A stretch of DNA of 64,000 nt, taken from the NCBI RefSeq assembly GCF_006345805.1, contig NC_043005.1, positions 105,896,001-105,960,000 of the forward strand, given 5' to 3'. The position numbers were made by a program, and so were the translations under genes. This DNA is from Octopus sinensis. Its lineage: Eukaryota. Of the stretch, positions 12,520-25,668 are shown piece by piece (within the stretch, counting starts at the first letter, position 1; each line of letters starts with the position of its first letter). Below the pieces are notes generated by a model. It was given only the letters and a program-made list of their open reading frames with translations, was not told the origin of the DNA and ran no database searches.

Positions 12520-12750
12520 TCACTTGTTTCAGCCATTGCATAATGACCATGCTGGAGCATGCTCTTATAGGGTTTTAGATGAACAAAAGCCTGATTAGCA
12601 CTCAATCACTCTCTTTTGCTGAACCTCTAGGTTATAGATATGTGAATATCAACCATATTCACTCGCAAGGTTTTGGTTGGCCCGTGGCTATAAAAGGAGC
12701 TTGCCCAAATCACCACATAGTGAGACTGAACCCGTAACCATGCCTGCACC
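12520..12750 (-). mobile_element. SINE family A, strongly decayed
   Basis: Remnants CACTTGTTTCAG, CCATGCTGGAGC, CTTGCCCAA, GACTGAACCC. Confidence 0.6.
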
Positions 12751-12957
12751 TAAATCAACGAGAACAAGGCTTTCATTTCTTAAGTATTCCTCTCTCTGTA
12801 ACTTCGCCATACATCCATGAATCAATGGGGAGAGTCCCAATATGACTCTACAACAGGCTAGAAATGGGAACCAGAATCCTTTAAGCCACATATGACTGTA
12901 TTGAAAATGGTAGGGTATATTGGTTAAAGAGATCTAAGACAAGTAGTTTTTAAAATG

Positions 12958-13200
12958 ATAATAATATTAATAATAATAATAATAATAATAACAACAACAA
13001 CAATAATAATGATAATAATAATAATAATAATAATAACAACAACAACAACAACAATAATAATAATAATAATGATAATAATAATAATAGTAATATGTGTCTG
13101 TGTGTGTGTGTCAATATATATACATATATATGTATATATATATATATGTGTATGTGTGTGTGTGTATGTGTGTGTGTGTGTATACACACATATATATATA
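12958..13200. repeat. (TAA)n/(CAA)n followed by (TG)n/(TA)n microsatellite
   Basis: Directly visible. Confidence 0.95.
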
Positions 13201-13345
13201 TTGGTTGGCATTACGAAGGGCATCCAGCTGTAGAAACTCTACCAGATCAAGATTGAAGCCTGGTGTGCCATCCGGTTTGCCAGCCCTCAGTCAAATCATC
13301 CAACCCATGCTAGCATGGAAAACGGACGTTAAACGATGATGATGT
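13201..13345 (+). mobile_element. RTE-type 3' tail (family D)
   Basis: TTGGTTGGCATTACGAAGGGCATCCAGCTGTAGAAACTCT...CAACCCATGCTAGCATGGAAAACGGACGTTAAACGATGATG. Confidence 0.9.
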
Positions 13346-13377
13346 ATGTATGTATGTATATATATATATATGTATTA

Positions 13378-13417
<40 letters not shown>

Positions 13418-13827
13418 GGTGATCATGGCTGGAATACATTACACTTATTGGCCATTTTCACCAGAGGTGACTTGGAATTACACAACAACATCGTCATTTC
13501 TTTATCCCACCATTTGTCTGTTTCTAGTTCTGTTAAACAATTTCAAATATTAACATTCATGAAATATGTTGGTCATAACTAAGAAGTAAAAAACTATGTC
13601 TGTCTGTTTGTCTGACTGTAGATGCTTTAAACCCATACATGCACATGCCTACACATGTTATATATATATATATATACATATATATACATATACACATGCA
13701 TACATACATATATATGTACACACACATGCACAACATAATGCATGTATATGTATATACATATATATATATATATATGTTTATATATATTTATGTATATATA
13801 TATATATATATATACACATATATATAT

Positions 13828-13888
<61 letters not shown>

Positions 13889-14231
13889 CACATATATATA
13901 TATATTTAGACATACATATACTATAGATATTTGCATGCATATGCAAGTATATATATCTATATATGTAGATATAAACATATATACACCCATGTATGCGATC
14001 TCAGTCAGTCATTTAACCCTAAAAAACAAAGGCTAAAAGGACTCTCTTTGACCGTAACATTTTCTCCCTCATTCTAACAAATATTCAAAATAAAATAGCA
14101 TAAATAAACACGAAAAAACCATAAAACCAAATTTTATTTTGTCGCTCGATTCAGTTTTTCATTTTTTATAGATTCATTTTACTGTGACAGAAGATCAAAG
14201 TAAACATGCAGATATACGGTACAGCGGCTGA

Positions 14232-14522
14232 TGGTGTGTGTGTGTGTGTGTGTGTGTGTATGAGTGTATGTGAGTATGTGTGTATGTGTGTGTGTGTGTG
14301 TGTGTATGTGTGTGTATGTCTGTGTGTGTATGTGAGTGTGTATGTGTGTGTAGGCAATGGTTGCAGTCAGTGTGCACATGTGCATGCATAAGTGTGTATG
14401 TGTGTGTGTGTATGTGTGTGTGTGCGTGTGTATGTGTATGTGTGTGTGTATGTGTGTGTAGTCAATGGTTGCAGGCAGTGTGCACATGTGCATGCATAAG
14501 TGTGTATGTGAGTATGCGAAAG

Positions 14523-14578
<56 letters not shown>

Positions 14579-14590
14579 TATGTGTGTGGG
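14232..14590. repeat. (TG)n tract containing a duplicated ~110-bp unit
   Basis: CAATGGTTGCAG...GTGTGCACATGTGCATGCATAAGTGTG occurs twice (~14353, ~14463). Confidence 0.85.
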
Positions 14591-15143
14591 CAGTTAAAGA
14601 GAATGAAATTATGGGCTGGTTTAAAAGTATAATTTGCACTTAAAATAATAGCAAAAGCTTGGTGTGTTATGTAAAGCAATTTCATCACCCAGGCTCATTG
14701 ATGCTTGTTAACAAAATATTAGATCATATAGTATGAGAAAAATTCCAATATTGAAAGCAGGAATTAATATCAAAGGTTGTATGAGAAAATAATTTCATAT
14801 AAAGAACAGCCATTTGGAAACCATTATTAGAATCGGTGTTTGCAAAACACTTTGCATTTTACTAAAAAAAAAAAAAGGGAAAGAAAAAAGGATAAATGAA
14901 ACCAACAAAAAACAATATACAATATGCAAAACTTAAATGGGGAAAAAAAAATAAGAAGAATAAATCATTATTTACTAAAAGGCATTTTTAGCAATTGGTT
15001 AGAGTTTAATATTATTTATTATTTTTTGTTAAACCATCTACGTATTCTGTGCTATTAACACAATTTGACTCTAATGGCCTGTTAAAACATTGTTGCATGT
15101 TAAGCTGTATTGCTATTGTTATTGTTGGTGTTGTTGGTGTTGC

Positions 15144-15174
<31 letters not shown>

Positions 15175-15419
15175 GTTGTTGTTGTTGTTGTTGTTGTTGA
15201 TGATGATATTGTTGCTATTTTTATTATTATTAAAAACATATATCAATTCACTTGCCACACTGGATTTTGTAGAATCTTAGCTGTTGTTGTTGTTGTTGTT
15301 GTTGGCAAGACAACAACTTTAAAAAGTTTTTTTTTTTGTTTGAAAAATTATTAGATTTCTTGTTTTTATTTAATACCTCTTTTTTATTTTTTAGATGTGT
15401 ATGTGTATATGTGTGTATC

Positions 15420-15453
<34 letters not shown>

Positions 15454-16129
15454 GTACTGCATATTGGCTGTAAACTCATTTTGGCAAGTGCCATAGAGAA
15501 TGACAAGCAAATAAATTCCGAGTGAAGTGAAATGACAATCTCTGGGAATGGTAATTGTAAACCACGGCCACTTGGTCAACTTTGCATCTTAAGTGGTGCT
15601 AAGTATATTCACTATGTTAAGTATTTTAGGATTTCAAGAAAAAAAAATTACCTAATAAAACCTACTTAACATAAATAGTGTTACTTCAAAGATTAACTCT
15701 TTTGATCAAGCCATCCTAAAGGTTATTCCTTAAACTATTATGCCATATTCAGATTATTTTAAACTAGCGCTAACACACTTCTTAAAAATACAGCAACATT
15801 TCTCTCTCAGGTTCAGACTAACTGGAAGTTTCTGCTATTTTAAATATTTACATGAAATGTTGAAGGGTCCAAGTATAAGACACTGTTTGGAAGGAATAGA
15901 GGAACCATTTAGTAACATAAAACATGAAGCAGTACACTGTATGTTACTGACACCTGCTAACGAGAATGAGAGGGAGAGAGTGAGAAAGAAAGAAAAAGGA
16001 GGGAGGGGAAGAGAGAGAGAGAGAGGGATGGAATGAGAGAGAGGAAAATGTGAAGGAGGGAGAGACAGAGAACCAGGGAACACTTTAACCTTGTCAGTAT
16101 CTAAACATTGACATAAGGGGTAAAGAAAA

Positions 16130-16350
16130 CAAGAATGGGGCATAAGAGGTATCAAACAGACATGTGATGCATATGGATGAGGGCAACTTATAAGGAGGTC
16201 CTAAACGTGTACAGTGAAGGGCCCTGTTGAAGAGGGTGTACCAAGAAGACACAAGATGAAGAGCTGACCACTGAACTTTTACCCTACAAAGTTGATGACA
16301 AAGAAATGAGATGATTGGTGATGCATAGTCCTTGAGAAGACCCAAGCATA
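16130..16350 (+). pseudogene. Highly decayed RTE ORF 3' end
   Basis: Nucleotide similarity to 17700-17920 (CATGTGATGCATATGGATGAG; CCAAGAAGACA...GATGA). Confidence 0.5.
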
Positions 16351-16984
16351 TATATAAGCACAGCGAAACAGGTGTTCTGGGAGCATAACATCCTTCACCT
16401 ATTATGTCACTTTTAAATCTACACTTATTGCTCTGCTCACATCTTTATATTAATCATCACTCTTTTATAAGCTGTGTTATTTTGCTGTTGTAATTAATTA
16501 AAGCAGAACCCATTAATACACATCATAACATCGCCCTTTCTATACTGCCAGTCATCACTCTCTCTTCCCTGAACCACTTTCTATTGGCAGCCATCCCCCA
16601 TTTTTATCATCACTACCAAATAAATATCATCTCCCACCTTTGTTCCCTATTCCCTACATTCACCCCTATATACTTCTGGCCAACCTACTTCTATTCATTT
16701 GTCACTCACCTCTCACACACACTCATGCTGTCTTGATTTTTCTACCTCCACACGCTTTTCTGTCCACTTTCCAGGACATGGTTACCTTGTGGCTATGATC
16801 TCTGATACCTTTGCCACTATCATCTCTATTTCTCCTCCGGCAGCATTCCAGTCACTCTACTCACCCATATATAAATGCAGGATATCCTCTCATCATACTG
16901 TAACTTTTCAACAACTTGTATAATGGCATATCTGTACTTCAATGAAGAGGGTGAGTTTTTTTGGGCTTGTGAGTTACAATATGA

Positions 16985-17135
16985 CCTCACTAACATTGGT
17001 TCCACTCAGCAAAGTGGTTGTCAATAGGAAGGGTATCCAGCATTGAAAGGATGCCACAACTGAGATAGTGAAGCCAAATATTGTCCACTGAGTAACTAAG
17101 ATCCTGTTGAAAGCAGAAGTAAAATGAGGATGAAT

Positions 17136-17166
<31 letters not shown>
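16985..17166 (+). mobile_element. RTE-type 3' tail (family D), decayed
   Basis: AAGTGGTTGTCAATAGGAAGGGTATCCAGC and (GAT)n tail. Confidence 0.6.
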
Positions 17167-17337
17167 CAAACTTCTTCCAGCTTCTACGTATCAAATCAAC
17201 TCTCAAGGCCTTTGGTTGCCATAGTGGCTAGAAAACACTTGCCCAAACTTGCCCAAAATACTGCACTGTGGGTCTGAAGGCAAAACTATGTGATTGGAGA
17301 GTGAATGTCTTTAAATTTGCCTGAACTTACATATACA

Positions 17338-17496
17338 GCCATGGCTGTGTGATAAAGAAGCTTGCTTCCCATCCACAGGGTTCTGGGTTCAGTCCTACTG
17401 AATGGCATCTTAGCTAAATGTTTTCTACTATAGCCATGGGCTGACCAAAGCCTTGTGAGTGGATTTGGTAGATGAAAACTAAAAGAAGCCCATCGT

Positions 17497-17551
<55 letters not shown>

Positions 17552-18890
17552 CGAACTGCCATGCTTCACGATAGTGAAACATGGGCTGTGACTGCAGAGG
17601 ACATGCGTAGACTTGAAAGAAATGAAGCTAGCATGATCCGCTGGATGTGTAATGTCAGTGTGCACGCACGACAGAGTGTAAGCACCCTGAGAGAAATGCT
17701 GGATATAAGAAGCATCAGATGTGGTGTGCAAGAGCGACGCTTGCGATGGTATGGTCATGTGCTGTGGATGGATGAGGAGAGATGTGAGAAGAAGTGCCAC
17801 TCCCAAACAGTTGAAGGTATCAAGGGGAGAGGTAGACCCAGGAAGACATGGGATGAGGTAGTCAAGCATCACCTCAGAGTGTTGGGCCTCACTGAGGCAA
17901 TGGCGAAGGACCGAGATCTCTGGAGATATGCTGTGACTGCAAAGACCCGGGCTGCTTCCTGCATCAGTTCCGCATAGCCCCTGCCCATTCAAAGTACCCC
18001 GGATCCCAGAACGTCCCGCTGTGCTTGAGGAGACCTGTTGAGTCAAGTACATGAACGTCGAAATAAATATCAATGGAAATAGTAGTTGTGTTGCCTGTGC
18101 CGGTGGCACATAAAAAGCACTATCCGAACGTGGCCGATGCCAGCACCGCCCCAACTGGCTTCTGTGCCGGTGGCACATAAAAAGCACCATCCGAACGTGG
18201 CCGATGCCAAGGCCGCCCCGACTGGCTTCTGTGCCGGTGGCAGATAAAAAGCACCATCCGAACGTGGCCGATGGCAGCGCGCGCCCCAACTGGCTCCTGT
18301 GCCGGTGGCACATAAAAAGACCATCCGAACGTTGCCAGCTCCGCCTTGGCTGGCTTCCGTGCCGCTGGCACGTTAAAAGCTCCAACCAATCGTGACCGAT
18401 GCCGGACCCCCCCTGGCACCTGTGCAGGTGGCACGTAAAAAGCACCCACTACACTCGCGGAGTGGTTGGCGTTAGGAAGGGCATCCAGCTGTAGAAACTC
18501 TGCCAGATCAGACTGGAGCCTGGAGCAGCCCCTGGCTTCCCAGACCCCAGTCGAACCGTCCAACCCGTGCTAGCGCGGAAAACGGACGTTAAACAATGAT
18601 GATGATGATGATGATATATATATATGTGTGTGTGTGTGTGTGTATGTATATATACATATAAATTTGTGTGTGTATCTGTGTTTGTACCCCACCATCACTT
18701 GACAACAGCCGTTGGTGTGTTTATGTCTCCGTAATTTAGTGGTTTGGCAAAACAGACCGATAGAATAAGTACTAGGCTTACAAAGAATAAGTCCTGGGCT
18801 TAATTTCTTTGACTAAATCTCTTTAAGACAGTGCTCCAGCATGGCTGCAGTCAAATGACTGAAACAAGTAAAAGAATAAAAGAATACATA
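17338..18890 (+). mobile_element. SINE family A split by an RTE insertion (5' half 17338-17510, 3' half 18620-18890)
   Basis: Both halves colinear with intact copies; (TA)n(TG)n linker present on both sides of the insert. Confidence 0.85.
17552..18617 (+). mobile_element. 5'-truncated RTE LINE: RT C-terminus (stop at 17977), 3' UTR with hairpin array, (GAT)n tail
   Basis: LHDSETWAVT, ERRLRWYGHV, GRGRPRKTWDEVV and DRDLWR are typical RTE C-terminal motifs. Confidence 0.95.
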
Positions 18891-18917
18891 CTTCTATATA
18901 TATATATATACATATAT

Positions 18918-19208
18918 GGAGACCCCTTTCGGTCATGAATGACCATGGGATTGCCCCGAGAAAGTTCTTCGAAGGCACAAGTCCAAGCAAGGTTCTCCAT
19001 GCCACTGATGCTATCCAAGGGAAAGGCAAAGGACGATAAAGCTTGGGGCCATGGACATTACAACTCCTTTCTACAGCTGAGTGAACTGGAGCAGCAGGAA
19101 GTAAATTATCTTGCTCAAGAACACAACATGCAGCCTGGTCTGGAAATCGAACTCCTAACCTCATGATTGGAAGTTCGATGCTCTAACTACTGAGCCATGC
19201 ACCTTCAC
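18918..19208 (-). mobile_element. SINE family C
   Basis: Head GTGAAGGTGCATGGCTCAGTAGTTAGAGC...GAGTTCGATTTCC; core TTCTTGAGCAAG...CTCCAGTTCACTCAGCTG. Confidence 0.8.
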
Positions 19209-19402
19209 ACATACACACACACATATATATATAGACTCATATATATTATATATGTGTGTATATACATATATGTATATAAGTGTTATATATAGAGAGAAAT
19301 ATAGATATGAGAGAGGGAGTGAGAGGAAGAGAAGGAGAAGGAGAAAGATATATATATATATATATATATAAAAACTCACCCTCTTCATTGAAGTACAGAC
19401 AT

Positions 19403-19812
19403 GGCACAGGAGTGGCTGTGTGGTAAGTAGCTTGCTAACCAACCACATGGTTCCGGGTTCAGTCCCACTGCCTGGCATCTTGGGCAAGTGTTTTCTGCTA
19501 TAGCCCCGGGCCGACCAATGCCTTGTGAGTGGATTTGGTAGACGGAAACGGAAAGAAGCCTGTCGTATATATGTATATATATATAAGTATGTGTATATGC
19601 TTGTGTGTCTGTGTTTGGCCCCACCTAGCATTGCTTGACAACCGATGCTGGTGTGTTTACGTCCCCGTCACTTAGCGGTTCGGCAAAAGAGACCGATAGA
19701 ATAAGTACTGGGCCTACAAAGAATAAGTCCCGGGGTCGATTTGCTCGACTAAAGGCGGTGCTCCAGCATGGCCACAGTCAAATGACTGAAACAAGTAAAA
19801 GAGTAAAAGAGA
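19403..19812 (+). mobile_element. SINE family A, full length
   Basis: Colinear with other copies. Confidence 0.95.
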
Positions 19813-19841
19813 AAGAGAGTATATATATATATATATATATA

Positions 19842-21220
19842 GGTTAATCCAAACGGGAAAACAGAAAAAACAACAACACGTGGAACAATTACAGTATGGT
19901 TATTATTAGGCGCTCAGGAAAATGGAAGAAGGAGGGTATGACGTTTCGAGCGGAGCTCTTCGTCGGAAACATAGGAGAAAGAAAGATCCCGAGACGGGAG
20001 GACAGAGGAAAAAAAAATTGCAGGTAGTCTTCACGAGGTCACATACTAAAAAGATGGAAGTGGTAAAAAAGGAGGAAAATGTTTTTTAAAAACAGGAGAG
20101 CTGAATCAAAGAGGGAATGGTAAAAAAGGTGTGCAAGATGACAAGTGTGTGTGTATGTGTGAGTGTGTGCGTATGTGTGTATGTGTGTGTATGGTGGACA
20201 ATGGCTAGTAGCAGGCAGTAGTAGAATTAAAGGAGTGGTGTGGGGGTACCCTAGCAAGTCAGAAAGGCAGATCAGAAACAGGGAGGTATGTGTGTGTGCG
20301 TGTGTATGTATGTGTGAGTGTGTGCGTGTGCGTGTGTGTATGTGTGTGTGAGGCGAGATAAAAAAACAAAAAATATGTATATGTTAGTGCGTGCAGGGCG
20401 AACAGATGACATAGCAAGTCAAAGTGAGTGGTCAGTGGTAAAAAAAGGAGGAAGGAGGGAAGAAGGGAAGGAGGGAAAGGGTGGGGGCGTATGTAACGTG
20501 CCAGTGTGTGTGTTGAGTGGTAGTGTGTCCAGTGTGCGTAGTTGTGTGTATGGCAAGTAAATTTGAAGTGTGTGTAAGTGTAATGTATATATATATGCAA
20601 ATGTGTGTGTGTGAGTGGGTGTGTGTATGTGTGTGCGTGTGTGTACAAAAAGGGGGGGTTTAAGGAAAAAAAAACCGCAGCGGAGGAGGGGGAAGATGGA
20701 AGAGTGGTCCCGCGGCGACAGGCATAGGAGAACCCAAAGACACGCGCCGGCCCCAGATACGAACAGGAGATCTAGTCGGTATCCACGAGCGTGGTGCATG
20801 CATGCGTGTATGCGTGCGCGAACGTGCACAAGCGTGTATGTGCGCGCGCCTGCGAGTGTGTGTGTAAGCATGTATGTGTGTGGATGTGTGAGTGTGTCTG
20901 TGTGTAAGTCTGGTGTCAGTGTGTCCGATGAATGTATGTAAGTATGTGTGTGTATATGTGTGTGTATAGATGTATGTCCGTGTGTATGTGTGTGTGTGTA
21001 TGTGTATGAGTGTGTATGTATGTACGTGTGTGTGTGTGGAAGTGTGTGTATGTGCATGTGTGTGCGCGTACATGCAGGTGTGTGAGTGAGTGTGTGTGTA
21101 TGTATGTATGTGTGAGTGTGTATGTCTGTGTGTGTAGGATGCATGTATGTGTATGGGTGTATGTATGTGTGTGTGTATGTGTACGTGCGTGTGTGTGTGT
21201 GTATGCATGTATGCATGTAT
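19842..21220 (-). mobile_element. Probable Penelope-type 3' region (microsatellite-rich UTR plus hammerhead terminus); 5' boundary approximate
   Basis: Terminal ~170 bp homologous to 63696-63891 (both end GTTTGGATTAACC then (TA)n); similar mix of CA-rich and CT-rich tracts before the hammerhead as at 47190-48249. Confidence 0.55.
19936..19970 (-). ncRNA. Minimal type I hammerhead-like motif
   Basis: Minus strand GTTT-CCGACGA-A-GAG-ctccg-CTC-GAAA-CGTC-ATAC; U4C core variant, 3 of 4 stem I pairs. Confidence 0.6.
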
Positions 21221-21779
21221 AATGCTCGTTTTAATAACTACTTTTCCATACCTTTGAGTCAGACAGAAATTGTTGAGACAGATTTTCTACAGCCAGATGC
21301 CCTTCCTGTTGCCAACCAACACAATCAAATGCAAGCACATACACAAATTTACACATAGACACACACACACACAAACATATTCACACACGCAAACTCAAGC
21401 ATACAAGCGCACACACATGCTGTAATAGATTACATCAGCTGGCTGTTGATAATGTTTAACCCTAGGCACAAGAACTGTTCTCAACTGGCCCTTATTTTAT
21501 GGACGCAGAGAGGATGAAAGAAGAAGTTGTCAAGTTGACCTTGGCAGAATAACTTTATCTAAGAATACAATCAGGATGTTTGAATTTTGCACAAAGTTAA
21601 TATTCTTGTATAAATTAAAGCTGTCACTTTATTCCATCCCCCTTCCAACCTTTCGTATTTACCAATTTCATACGCACACACACACACACACGCACACACA
21701 TGCATATATATACCACCTAGTCTGAAGCTCTATACACATAGTGTCAGTGGTAGTAGCGGTGGTGGCGAGGTTAAGGGTG

Positions 21780-22015
21780 GTGGGGAGCACAAGACGTTGT
21801 GTGTAATGGTGATAGGTGTGATGGTACCAGTAGTAGTGATGGCAGCAATAATATCGGTAGTGGTAGTGCTGATTGTGATGGTGGTGGTGGCAGTGGTTTC
21901 GGCGGTAGTGGTGCTGATTTTGGCAGTTGCTGCGGCAGTGGCATTGGTGGTGGAGGTAGTAGTAGTAGTAATTGTTGTTATTGTAGTAGCAGCAGTAGTG
22001 GTAGTAGTAGAAGTA

Positions 22016-22082
<67 letters not shown>

Positions 22083-22160
22083 CGTCGTGGTGGTGGTAGT
22101 TGTTGTTGTTATAGTAGTAGTAGTTGTTGTTGTTATAGCAGTAGTAGTAGTAGTAGATAA
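21780..22160. repeat. (GTA)n/(GTG)n trinucleotide tract
   Basis: Directly visible, long pure (GTA)n run near 22020-22075. Confidence 0.9.
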
Positions 22161-22249
22161 ACATCTGTAGATAAACAGGTTACATTTTCACTGATGAAAT
22201 TTCACTAAAATTTCATTATCTGAAAATACGTTTGATTTGGAAGTTGATA

Positions 22250-22760
22250 GCATGGTGTAGTTGTTGTTGTTGTTGATGTTGTTATTGATAGTAGTGATGG
22301 TGGTGGTGGTGGTGGAGGTGATGGGGCTGTTGGTGGTGTTGCCTTGTTGCTGTTGTTGTTAGTGGCAGAGGCACTGGTGGTGGTGGTGGTGGTGGTGGTG
22401 GTGGCAATGGCAGAGGCACTGGAGATGGTAGAGATGGTGGTGGAGATGGTGTTGGTCGTGGTGGTGGTGATGGTGATGGTATTATTGGATTGGTAATGAT
22501 ATTAGTGTTGTTGCTATTGATGATGTGGCTGTGATCATGCTGTTGCAGTTATGGTAGTGCAGGTGGTGGTGGTGGTGGTGGAGGTGGTTGTATTAGTGGT
22601 GGTGCTGGTGGTAGTGGTGGTATAGGTTGTGACACTGATGGATCCACAACCATTACCAACAGTGTTGCTGGTGCTGCTGTTGTTGTTGTTGTTGTTGTGA
22701 CGGTGGTAGTGGTAATGATGGTGCTAGCAGGGATTGTAGTACAGGTGTTGGTAGTACTAG
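22250..22760. repeat. Degenerate (GGT)n/(GTT)n tract
   Basis: Directly visible. Confidence 0.85.
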
Positions 22761-22821
22761 TGGAAACAGCAAAACTTTGGTACATGGAGTTGTAGCATTT
22801 ATTATAGTAATGATATTTCTT

Positions 22822-22978
22822 CTGTCTTTATGTTTTGAGTTCAAATTCTCCTGAGGTCAACTTTGCTTTTCATCCTTTCAGGGTCGATAAACTAAGTACC
22901 AGTTGCGTACTGGGGTCAATCTAATCGACTGGTCCCCTCCCCCAAAATTTCGGGCCTTGTGCCTAGAGTAGAAAAGGG
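22822..22978 (+). mobile_element. SINE family B, 5'-truncated
   Basis: TTGAGTTCAAATT...GGTCAACTTTGCTTTTCATCCTTTCAGGGTCGATAAA core with CCCCAAAATTTCGGGCCTTGTGCC tail. Confidence 0.9.
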
Positions 22979-23768
22979 CATTTATTATAGTAGTTGTCAA
23001 TGTGTTGGGATTAGTTGGCAGTTGCGAAAATAATAGCAGTGGTGGTCCCATTAGGATTGTGATACATAGTACGATAGTAACATTGTTTGTGTTAGTGGTA
23101 GTGGTGGTGTTGGCAATGGTGGTGTGGCATTACATTGTATTGGTTGTAGTAGATTAGTGGTGGATTGAAAATGACAGCATAGGTGGCGCTATTAATCCTA
23201 GTCTAGCAGGCCCTGTGATTATAGTTACTCCAGGTGTGGCCCTACTGTCTTGTTTTTCACACATAGTTCACCTGGGAGCACATCATTAGAATTAATGGTG
23301 TTTGTGGTGCTGTCAGAATTGGTGGAGGTGGTTGTAGTGATGGTGGTGTGGATGGTGACGGTGGTATGTTTTTTGTTATTCTTCTGTGTGTGTGTGTAAG
23401 TATTTTTGTACCTCTAGATGTATGTTATGTATGTATGTGTGCATGTGATTGTCTGTCTGTGTGTATCTGTTTCTGAATGAATATGTGTGTATAGAATACC
23501 TGAATAGTGACTATGTATCGTTGCTATTATGTTGTAAATTCAAAATGCTGCTTTTCAGAAAGCGATAAAATAGTTTCACCATTCCATAGCAAGACAATAG
23601 CTAATTTTTGATATCTTGGAAATCTGAAGCAGATGGAGATAGGATTGTTTGACCAAAAGAACTGGCCATTACAAACAAAAATAAATATTGTAAAAAACCA
23701 CATTTGGCCAAATTTGGATATACAACAATTTAACATAATAGCAACAATGTACAAACATACATACATAC

Positions 23769-23909
23769 ACTCTTTTTACTTTCTCTTTTACTCTTTTACT
23801 TGTTTCAGTCATTTGACTGTGGCCATGCTAATTTTTGGGGATGTAAACACACCAACATCGGTTTTCAAGCAATGGTGGGGGAACAAACACAGACACAAAT
23901 ACATACATA

Positions 23910-23961
<52 letters not shown>

Positions 23962-24125
23962 CATATATATGACAGGCTTCTTTCAGTTTCTGTCCACCAA
24001 ATCCACTCCCAAGATTTTGATCAGCCTGAGGCTATTGTAGAAGACACTTACCCAAGGTGCTGGGACTGAACCCAGAACCAGGTAGTTGGGAAGCATGCTT
24101 CTTACCACACAGCCACTCCTGTGCC
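23769..24125 (-). mobile_element. SINE family A with internal deletion
   Basis: Head, linker and tail present; part of the 3' half missing. Confidence 0.9.
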
Positions 24126-24288
24126 GGTATATATATGAATGTATGCGTGTATTATATGTGCCTACTTATGAAACTGTATACTCAGACACACCCTCAGCCA
24201 CCCACTTTACAATATATGTATTTGTGTGTGCGTATGTCTTAATATGCATGTGTGTAAACCTGTCTATCTCTCTCTCTCACTCTCTCTC

Positions 24289-24334
<46 letters not shown>

Positions 24335-24479
24335 CATGTGAGGGTTTATATTTATGTATCTGTCCGTGGGAATACATGAGTGTGTGTGTGTCTGTATGTG
24401 TGTGTATCTGTGTGTATCTGTGCACTTGAAGCACCAATAATTTGATATTGTATGGTTTTTTGAAACCAGAACTGTAACA

Positions 24480-24523
24480 ACGCCAACACCACCACCCCAC
24501 CACCACCACCACCACCACCACCA

Positions 24524-24565
<42 letters not shown>

Positions 24566-24643
24566 AACTACTATTACCACCACCACCACCACCACCATCA
24601 CCACCACTCCACCACCACCACCACCACCACCACCACCACCACC

Positions 24644-24690
<47 letters not shown>
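24480..24690. repeat. (CAC)n/(TAC)n tract
   Basis: Directly visible. Confidence 0.95.
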
Positions 24691-24867
24691 CTATTTCACA
24701 CCTATCTGTAGCTATTTTCTCATACTCCACCTCCTCTTCACACAGCAAATATAAAACCCTTTTACTTACACAGCTAAAGTTACCATGCGGTGTTTTTGTA
24801 TCTCTTGGACATCCTATTTTAGTTGTTATTGTAGCAGCACTAGTAGTAATATTAGTATTTGTAGTAG

Positions 24868-25070
24868 AGCAGTGAGCTGGCAGAACTACTAGCATGCTGG
24901 GCAGCATTTTGTCCATACTTACATTTTGAGTTCAAATTCCGCCGAGGTCAACTTTGCTTTTCATCCTTTCAAGGTCGATAAAATAAATACCAGTTGTGCA
25001 CTGAGGTCAATGTAATCAACTTACTCCTCACCAAAATTTCTGGCCTTGTGCCAAATATCGAAACCAATAT
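24868..25070 (+). mobile_element. SINE family B
   Basis: Head GCAGTGAGCTGGCAGAA, core and CCAAAATTTCTGGCCTTGTGCC tail. Confidence 0.85.
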
Positions 25071-25169
25071 TGATTCGCAAATCAAAGTGATAAGCTGGCA
25101 GAATCGTTAGCATAATGTGCCAAGAACCTTACTGGAATTTCATCTGTCCTTACATTCTGGGTTCCATTT

Positions 25170-25560
25170 CTGCCATGACTGACATTGCAGGATTCAGTAG
25201 TACAAACTTGGTAGGGTTTGTTGTTACTTTGGTATGGTTGTGCATGTGAGAGTATTTTCCAGTTCATGCTAAACAGAGAATTTCAGGGGTTTTAATGTCC
25301 ATATATGTTTGGATAGTGATGTATCTTTTTCCTGTTTAGGTTGTGAAAAGGATACATATGTTGGTTGTATTATGTTTTGAACTGCTTTGCTGTAGATCTG
25401 GTTTGCCCTACATGTAAAGTATGCAGATATAATAGTTGGTGTCATTTTTATCGTTGCCATTGCACTATATACGATATTCCTTGAGAGACAGATTTCTCCT
25501 AGTGTGCAGGATAAAGGGGTTCTACATGTACAATTGTTATAATATAAGTTTTCTTTTAGA
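25170..25560 (-). pseudogene. Decayed Penelope-like GIY-YIG endonuclease fragment
   Basis: NCTCRTPLSCTLGEICLSRNIVYSA ... SF...EKDTSLSKHIWTLK, then WKILSHAQPY in another frame; matches the CNC..CPL.G.CL...IVY / T.LS.HIW.LK / WKIL pattern of PLE endonucleases. Confidence 0.75.
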
Positions 25561-25599
25561 CAATTTTTGGTGGCTGTAATTGACAAACCTACATACACT

Positions 25600-25635
<36 letters not shown>

Positions 25636-25668
25636 AATATATATATATATATATATCATGTGACAAAA

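Noticed and set aside
14810-14861. Minus-strand terminal exon after a strong poly-T acceptor
   Set aside because: The poly-T is a plain A-run on the plus strand; the short peptide (KCKVFCKHRF*) has no supporting neighbours
18097-18445. CRISPR-like repeat-spacer array
   Set aside because: Spacers are homologous to one another, the array is inside a LINE 3' UTR, there are no cas genes and the context is eukaryotic
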